DNA of 64,000 bases, taken from NCBI GenBank assembly GCA_951406725.2, contig OX597818.1:145142001-145206000 (forward strand), read 5' to 3'. The notes under the pieces are model-generated. The model was not told the DNA's origin and did no database searches. It saw nothing but the letters and a program-made list of their open reading frames with translations. The position numbers were made by a program, and so were the translations under genes. Positions 55,262-64,000 of this stretch are shown in pieces (positions within the stretch are counted from its first letter, which is position 1; each line of letters starts with the position of its first letter). The DNA comes from Octopus vulgaris (taxonomy: Eukaryota).

Positions 55262-55728
55262 AAAAAAGATGGCCTACAGCAAATATTCTGCTCAATACCA
55301 CAGATTTGTTTGTCAATTGCTTGACCTTAACCAGTTGACCATGTTCCTTAGTGGCTGATGATATGTGCATTTCTAATCACAAGCAGAAGTAGTGGGGGAG
55401 CATCATAACCGTGTGTTGAAAGGAATTCTTAGAGATTTGGATAATTCGCCTTTGGAAACAGGGGTGGTTCGTTCAACATCCTTAAACAATCTTTATTCAG
55501 GGACCTTTTGAGCGGGATGGGCTACTCGACCAGAAGAAAATTCTAATTGGACCCCCACCTGCAAGGCCATGCGCTGTTTATCTTGATATGATATCACCAT
55601 GTCGCGCACATATGGTTGTGATGCATGTGCCTGGTGTACCCTTATCAGACGAGTAGTCATGATGGGTATACTGGGTTTCGTATATTTTACCCCAGTGTTA
55701 CTTTGATGACATGCACTGCTCTCTCAAT
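55262..55728 (+). mobile_element. 3' fragment of a different non-LTR element within (TAA)n
   Basis: Coding-like 5' half (KMAYSKYSAQYHRFVCQLLDL...) and UTR-like 3' half, bounded by (TAA)n. Clade not determined. Confidence 0.55.
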
Positions 55729-55729
55729 C

Positions 55730-55862
<133 letters not shown>

Positions 55863-55865
55863 TGA

Positions 55866-55986
55866 TGCACACATCCTACGCAGAACACTTTCCATACAAT
55901 AACCATCAGAGCATCACAACAAATCACAGCACATACCCAAGGCACACAGAACTGCGCTCGGTAGTGAAGTGAAAGCACGCTATAAA

Positions 55987-55987
<1 letters not shown>
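55866..55987 (+). mobile_element. R4/Dong-like 3' end (shorter copy)
   Basis: Nearly identical to 50073-50195 and flanked by (TAA)n. Confidence 0.82.
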
Positions 55988-56035
<48 letters not shown>

Positions 56036-56144
56036 TGATAATAATAATAATAATAATAACAATAATAATAATAATAATAATAATGATAATAATAATAATA
56101 ATAACAATAACAATAATAATAATAAAAATAACAATAACAATAAC

Positions 56145-56293
<149 letters not shown>

Positions 56294-56299
56294 TAATAG

Positions 56300-57372
56300 T
56301 CCTCAACCTTTATGGTAAAGATGAATTCCAAGTCAGTTCCCTCGTTGATACGGTGTATTCTTTCAGTGCTGATATCAGAATGGAGTTCGGACTGAAAATG
56401 TGTGGTGTATTAGTCTTGAAGAGAGGCAAAATCAAATGTATGGACGGTCTAGGGGAAGGTTATGAAGTTGATAGAAGAGACGGGCTATAAGTACTTGGGG
56501 ATATTGGAAATGGATAAATTGATGGAGAAAGAAATGATAGAAAAATTTAAGGTGGAGTACTTGCACGGACTGAGACTGATCAAGAAGTCGAAATGAAACA
56601 GTCGGAATAAGATTGAAGCTATCAACGCCTGGGTAGGTTCACTCCTTAGATATGGAGCTAGGGTAATCGCATGGACAGTAGACGAACTAAATAGATTAGA
56701 CAGGAAAACAAAGAAGTTGCTAACTAGATATGGGACACTCCACCCAAAAAGTGACAGAGACAGACTATATGTACCAAGAAAAAGACGAGGAGAGGACTGA
56801 TTGGATGCGAACACAGCATTAGAGCAGAAGCAAACAATATAGCATGGTACGTAAAAATGCCACTGAACCGCTATTATTGGAAGTAAGAAGGTCAGGCTTC
56901 TGTAAGATGGAAGGTTGCAAAGATAAAGCATGTACGAGGACTTCAGAATGAATGAAACTGAAAATAGGTGGATAAAGAAAATAATGCATGGACGATTTCA
57001 TAGGGATGTTCAACATAAGACAGACAAAGAAAAAAGATGGCTATGGATGATTAAATGTGATTTAAAACCGGAAATAGGGACTGTAATCTGTGCTGCCCAA
57101 GAACAAGCATTAAGAACGAATTACATAAAAAACAGAATAGACAAGATATCAGAAAGTGATAAGTGCAGAATTTGTGGACAAAATGGTGAAACCGCACGGC
57201 ATATTACCAGTCAATGCACGCCACTAGCTCAGAAAGAATATAAGAGACGTCATGACAATATAGCAAGAATTATCCATTGGGCACTTTGCAACAAGTATGG
57301 ACTTGAACAGAGCAAAAAGTGGTACGAACATAAACTCGAAGACATCAGCGAAAATGATAATGCAAATATTAT
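56300..57372 (+). mobile_element. R4/Dong-like RT C-terminus and CCHC zinc knuckle (pseudogenised)
   Basis: LNLYGKD...LVDTVYSFSADIRMEFGLKMCGVLVLKRGK, then YKYLGI and CRICGQNGETARHITSQCTPLAQKEYKRRHDNIARIIHWALC. Frameshifts and stops present. Confidence 0.88.
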
Positions 57373-58237
57373 TTAATTTTTTAAAAATTCTGTAATTCGT
57401 TTAATTTTTGCTTAAATATTTTAAAATTTATTAATTTTGTTTTAAAAATTTAACTTCTGAACTGTATATTTTTATCTTAATGTATCTTATTTTACAATTA
57501 TTTCAATTTTGAAATATTACTCTTTTAAGGAAAATGATTTTTCTTCGAAATGGAGTATCTTTCCTAGTGAATAATATATTATTTTCCTTTCGAATTCTCA
57601 TTAACTCAACCACTCTTCCTCTTCTTATAGTTTATACCTAAAATTAATACAGATCAAATGACATTTCCAGCGTGACTTAATAATAATATATCTACTGATT
57701 AGCTTGTTTCTACATACCACCTCTGTGTATTTGAATTGGTCAGTCGTTGTGTAAATGTGATAGGTATTTTGAATGGTAGGACTGAAGAAACTAAATATCA
57801 TGTAACAATTGTATCATGGCCTGATAAATACAATTCCTAAGTAGGTCTACTGAAATACCTCCCTACTTCTTATATATGTCAAATATCATTAGTTTTACTA
57901 CTATTCCCCCTAAAATGTTCTCTATTCCAAGCAGTGCTGTATGGGTTTGATAAGGATAGGAATAGGATAATGCTAAATTTCTTTATCTCTGTAGAATGTT
58001 AACCAATCATATATGGAATCGGTAAAAATGCATCATTACTCCATCGCGGAATTTTAGAGTTTACCAGTCTATTCGAAACATGGCGTAACTTGATTAAACA
58101 ATGTATAATTCTCCATTCTTGTGTGTATATATATATATATATAAAATTAATTTAGGGTAGAAATTGATATTTATCAATTAGAACCAGTGGTCTAGCATAT
58201 TAAAAATAAGAATCCGAAGATTAAAATATTTATATAT

Positions 58238-58672
58238 ACCAATTAAGGACTGAACACGAAAAGTGGACAGTCAACATGCTAGATATAAACGTCACATCGC
58301 CATTCTCCACAAAAGATTATGTTCTCAGATCAAACTCAGCACAAAACCATAGCAATAGCCAGAGTAAAGGCATATGAAATATATATTCAAATGTAATAGG
58401 CTGTACTCCATGCACGCGATATTTCGGTATCGTGTTTGCATCTAGTCCAGCAAATTGCATTTATATCGGACCATGCTGATGATGGCTGCAGTTTTCCTTG
58501 CGGAAAATAACAGCCGAAACTAATTAGTACATGGGTAAATATTTATTTCGTATATTTTCACTTGTTTATTGCTGAGTTTGATCTGAGAACATAATCTTTT
58601 GTGGAGAATGGCGATTTGACGTCTATATCTAGCATGTTGACTGTCCACTTTTCGTGTTCAGTCCTTAATTGG

Positions 58673-58673
<1 letters not shown>
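58238..58673. repeat. ~105-bp-arm inverted repeat (Penelope-like foldback) beside (TA)n
   Basis: 58238-58341 is the near-perfect reverse complement of 58570-58673. Confidence 0.9.
58471..58534 (+). ncRNA. Type I hammerhead ribozyme
   Basis: CCATG-CTGATGA-T-GGCTG[cagTTTTCC-ttgc-GGAAAAtaa]CAGCC-GAA-ACTAATTAGT-A-CATGG. The core is intact, with predicted cleavage 3' of 58529 (GUA). Confidence 0.8.
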
Positions 58674-58733
<60 letters not shown>

Positions 58734-59671
58734 TCAGATTGGTTATCCCGTGTTTTATCGAATCAAGCTTAAAATGTTTATACTTATATATGTATATATT
58801 ATGTATGTGCCTACCTTTAATAGTGAAGGTATATGCGTTTTTCTACATCCGTACTTAGCTCCTTGCACACAAGTCTACGAACGTACATAATGCAGTTATA
58901 TGCAAACACAGAAGCATTATAAATCTATGCATGCATACATACATCCATACATACATACATCCATACATAGTGCGTGTGTGCGTGTATGATTACGAATGAA
59001 TACACATACTAACATGAAAGTATACCATACACTTACACGTAATACAACGCTACTGTTGCGGACATTCATTCAAACATGCCTTGCCGAGTTGATTATCCAT
59101 ACACGAATGTACCTAGAAGGCAATATAGACATCTATAGAATTTATTCTACGGTATTATATCCGTGTACTGAAGGACTGTATATGTCAGAGGTCAAACTCT
59201 ATACAGACAAACTCTAGTTATGACGAGACATCTGATGATTAGAATTATTGAACGCTGTTAAAAGCTGAGATGAACTGGAAGCAACATAAGTTTTTGAATA
59301 ACAATCGCCATGTCACTTATTCACTTATTCCTGTTAACCAGACGTCTTCCAGCGTTTAACTTCTCTTTTATTATAACCTTAATATATATTGTAATAAAGG
59401 ATCGTGGGTAAGGCCAGAATAAGGAGAAGTAAATGCAAGGCAAATCCCAAGAAAGCAAATATGTGAATTAATTACCTTGCATTCAATATTTCGGGGTTGT
59501 GACCCTATTTTCAAGCAATATTGTTGCCGATATGCGTATATGTATATATGTATATGTATGTATGCATGTATGTATGTGTGTGTGTGCATGTGTGTATACA
59601 CACACACACACATATATATGTAGAAGGTTGAAAAGGAACACACGAGTTGATATATATATATAAGAATGTAT

Positions 59672-59738
<67 letters not shown>

Positions 59739-59807
59739 ATATATATGTATATATATATATATGCATGCATGCATGTATGCATGTATGTATGTATGTATGT
59801 AAGTATG

Positions 59808-59843
<36 letters not shown>

Positions 59844-59908
59844 TGTATGGTATATAGATATTTAAGCTGTACATATATGTATGCATAGGGATATAGACAT
59901 ACATAATG

Positions 59909-60065
59909 TACAGTTCAGTCCATTATCGCTGAAGATTTGGGTATGAGATTTGGGTATGAGACGCGTGTCTACCAAGCTTGTGCCCAAACTGCTTTCAGTT
60001 GACCAAGAAGACACTTGGGTTTCAGTTACACAAGATCTCCTTGATTGTGTCGAGAACGTTGAAAA
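59909..60065 (+). mobile_element. mariner transposase fragment
   Basis: VQSIIAEDLGMR/RVSTKLVPKLLSVDQ (cf. WVP.LL), with a 13-bp tandem duplication AGATTTGGGTATG causing a frameshift. Confidence 0.8.
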
Positions 60066-60560
60066 GGTTTTAATAGCTTTGCTTAGGCCTCTGAGCAGGT
60101 ATCGCCAAGCTTTTGGCAAAATTTGATCCACAGGTCTTGCATCCTCTCCTTGCCTTTTCTAATGGTGCAACAAAGGTCGCTGCTCCTCGTGCCACCACCT
60201 CTAATAGTCATCCCGCTTTTCGTCATTCTATTTCGACTGATCCCTCACTCTTTCGTAGGTCGCACACTATCTGCTTCTTTAATCTCTAAGTCCTCCCATT
60301 CCAGATTGTCAGCCGTAGTTCAACTGAGACGTTATGTATTAATATCATCGATCACTAAGGGACAGCCAAAAACATTGATCAAATTACATTCCTCCACACC
60401 AAACCAATACATTCATGCACATACACAGACCTACACATACACACACACACACACTTATCTGTGTACACTAGTTATGTATGTGTATATAACTCTTAATATG
60501 TACATACATATATCTACGTACTCACACGTATACATACATACACACACACACACACACGTA

Positions 60561-60594
<34 letters not shown>

Positions 60595-60714
60595 CAAACG
60601 CACATATATATTATATAATATATATATAATATATATGTACATATAGTATATATATATACACAAACGCACATATATATCATATAATATACATCCACATATA
60701 TAATATATATATAC

Positions 60715-60763
<49 letters not shown>

Positions 60764-62479
60764 ATGCATAAATACATATATATGTATACACATACTCACA
60801 CACACACACATATACATACAGGCAGCACTCTTTTTTCCTTCCAATATCTATATAATTGGAATATTGTTGAAGCGGGACCTAAGAGTCAGTCTTCAGAGGA
60901 AATACAACATAAAGTATTCGAACACATATACACATATTTACACATACTCATCTCCACATACACACACACACTTTACCCGTGTGTCCACACATATTGATGC
61001 ATAGTTTGATCAGGAGAACAAAAAAAATAATAATTGGCGGCAAACTTACATAACTTCCGTTCTATTTTGGGTAAGAGACACGTTTACATCCTAAGAGATA
61101 TAAACAAAATCAAATAAGTTATTATTGTGCAAGCATGAATTTGGTGTTTTGCGTCCAATTTATCTCACTAGCTTGTTTATCTCACTGTTGTTAGATACAC
61201 AACTGAACTGTTATCATTTATCATTTTGGTTCAAATTTTAATTTCTTGTCCGTAAACAGTAATTCTAAATGTGCCATTTGTGGATTTTGTTTTTCATTTT
61301 TTTTCTCTCAGTAGTTGATTTATGTTTTTATTTTCTTTTTTAATTAACATATTAGATATAGTTTTTTTTTTAAAACTTAGAAAGTGTTTATTTGTAACCA
61401 TTTATGACATGTAGTAGTTTTCTTCTGTCTTGCTAGGAACCATTGTCTTTGTATTTTTAAAACTTTTAGCTGTCGTTGTTTTTACTGTTTTGTTGTTGCT
61501 TACACCCTCAGGTCAACCCAGGGCTAGCAGACATATGATCAAGTTATTCCGACGCTGAAGATCTTAATGTTCTTGTTTTAGTTTTGTTGTTCTGCAATGT
61601 AACCAGGACTATATCATTTAATTGTATATTTCCTATTGTAAGACAGTAAAGAGTGATTGCAGATGATTTGCTATTTCTCTCGGGCTCGATTTTTTAGATA
61701 AGTTGTCTTTAAAGTTATTGTTTAACCCATGACGAGTCCTGTCAATCAGACTTGTGATTAAAGGTGTCTTTTCTTTGATGCTCTCTCCATATTTCAATTG
61801 TAGTCATTGTACAACATCACCCTGTATTGCTTCTTTTTCTTTATAATTAAGACACCAAGTTTAGGGGTCATATATATATGGCATTTCTCATAAATTACAC
61901 GTTCAAGGTCGCTCGTTAGCTCTTTTACATAATTCAATATTATGAGTCTTAATTCTCTATATTTTTGTGGTAACTGATTTTTGTTTTAGTACTACAATGT
62001 GTAGACAGATATACTAAACACTCTGTGTCTATGTAGAATACCTTCGAGGACAAAAACAAAAAGATATTAGTTTAAAATGTATAGGTATGATCTGCAGTAC
62101 AGCATACCATTGAAATGACATTATTAACGCATCAGTAATTTATTAAAGGAACTGGCTGCAAAGAATGCATTATATATGAAAATTGGCCAGTCTAGTTTAC
62201 TTCAACAGTTAGTAATAAGGGTTTTATAAGTAGTATCATTGAATAGTTGAGAAGCGTTTTCATTTGCTGATCAAATCTTTTCACATAGTCAAAACTAATC
62301 AGAGCGATCCCCCTTTTACTGTCCACGTAGGTATTATATATAAACACACAAAGTCTACAATTGCCTGTTATACACATAGTTGAATAAAATCTACAAATGT
62401 ATTGTTCCAATGTAAACATAGCAAAACGCACCAATAACTTATTGTCTTCTACAATTATTAGTATTATAGAAGTTACAAA

Positions 62480-63230
62480 CTTTTTTTATTATCAACCAGG
62501 GGTCCTCTCTGTGTCCAAGAGTTCGCTTGCGAAAACTTTCCAGTTCCTTTGTGTTGTGCTGCATGCAGACAATCAGCCAAGTTCTTGTTTCCGGGTCACA
62601 TCTGATGTTGTCAGTCCACAAGCATCTTTGCCAGTCTCTTCTTCTCTTCCCCTCCACACTTCCTGTTAGGATGACTTGGGCTATGACTCCTGGCACATCG
62701 TATCTCCAAATTTTGCTGGCTTTGTAGACTTGGTTCTCGAAAATAGGTGTCCCGGAACCATGTGGTTTGTAAGCAAGCTACTTACCACACAGCCACTCTT
62801 GCCAGCTTATTCTACTTAATCTACGAAAGATTCACAACTCAAAGGCATCTATCATCTCCATTGCTCTGTACATTGTCTAACTTTCTACCTCACAGAGGAC
62901 GATTGGCTTAATATAACAAGTTACTAGTTTAGGTGCAGTACTGTCTTTCGAGGAAAAGATCTTCATTCTTATAAATGTTGCTTTGCTCTTGTTATTCTTG
63001 GAGTAGCTTCTTTACACAGCGACTTCTCGAATGTACTGTTTACTTTTTACTTGTTCAAGCTTATGTCCATCTACCTTTCTGTTTTCTACCTTTCGTTCTG
63101 TCCGATTAATAACCATTCTATTCGTTGTTTTTACCCTCACCTTTAGAGGTTTCTTGTCACTGTCCCTTTTAACAACATCAATAATTTCTTGTAATTTCTC
63201 ATTGGCGCCTGCCAAAAATGTTGTAACCTT
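62480..63230 (-). mobile_element. RTE-like LINE 3' portion, with a SINE head at ~62750-62802
   Basis: LQEIIDVVKRDS...VKTTNRMVI...DGHKLEQVKS and ILTGSVEGKRRRDWQRCLWTDNI match RTE RT and C-terminal motifs. Confidence 0.78.
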
Positions 63231-63784
63231 TATATAACCTGTTTAGCGTGTAAAACGCATTTGTATTTTCTGCCCCTTGTACAATACTAGCATGTTTGAA
63301 ATGATACTTTTGATAGAAAAACAGCATATTGCCGGGAATAATCTAGAAGACCGCATCGTGTTAGGAACTGACTGTGATTATAAACACTCACTACACAATT
63401 GTTTTAGTCAACTTTTAATTAATTTGAATATCCGAGTTGTCACCCTTACATTTCGTGATGAGAGTGAAATAATTAAATCTATTTTAGTCTTCCTCATTTC
63501 GTGTATAATATTAATTTATTAATTTGTTTTTCTTTACTACATTCAATATGCTACATTCTAGTTAGTTATACACGTTAGCACGATGATGATGATGATGATG
63601 ATGATGGTGGTGATCGTGTTGGTGATGGTGTCGGTGATGGTATTGGTGGTGTAGTTATGATCACGATTATAATCATCATCGTTATAACTATCAATATGTC
63701 GTCGATCAATATGACGATCACTGATAACCATAGTGATCTTGATCCTGATCATCAATATCCTCCTTCTTCTCCTCGTTGTCGTCG

Positions 63785-63816
<32 letters not shown>

Positions 63817-64000
63817 GTCATCATATCAAGATGATCACAATAGTTCTAACGTCGGATTTCCAAAACTTACATTGATTAGATGAAACTTATACCTTCCTAT
63901 AATGTTACACGGTCCATTTCGATAATGCGTAATTCATGACACCTCTTAACGTAGCATAATCTATACTGTAGCATGCTTCATCTTTAATTATCAGTAGGAA

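Noticed and set aside
59161-59226. Hammerhead-like layout around a CTGTATA/TATACAG stem
   Set aside because: Both core boxes deviate (CTGAAGG, CAAA) and helix I does not pair.

Overview
AT-rich, repeat-saturated eukaryotic DNA with no confidently identifiable host protein-coding gene. The SINE families, microsatellite load and LINE types suggest a coleoid cephalopod (octopus-like) intron or intergenic region; this is an inference. Almost all ORFs in the track are translations of simple repeats. Supported content: tRNA-derived SINEs (CORE-like and Nin-domain-like), fragments of CR1-, RTE- and R4/Dong-like LINEs, mariner transposase remnants, non-autonomous Helitrons and a truncated tRNA-Glu. 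The most interesting signal is a set of small inverted/tandem-repeat elements next to (TA)n, with Penelope-like pseudo-LTR architecture, that carry RNA-processing modules. These are a canonical type I hammerhead ribozyme with palindromic helix III (58471-58534), a hammerhead with a compensated G3-C8 core (5246-5296), degenerate hammerheads, and a ~310-bp repeat unit carrying a tRNA-like cloverleaf with a non-canonical anticodon loop and a T6 run (9782-11006). Family assignments come from motif recognition by eye, not database searches. Element boundaries are approximate unless termini are quoted.
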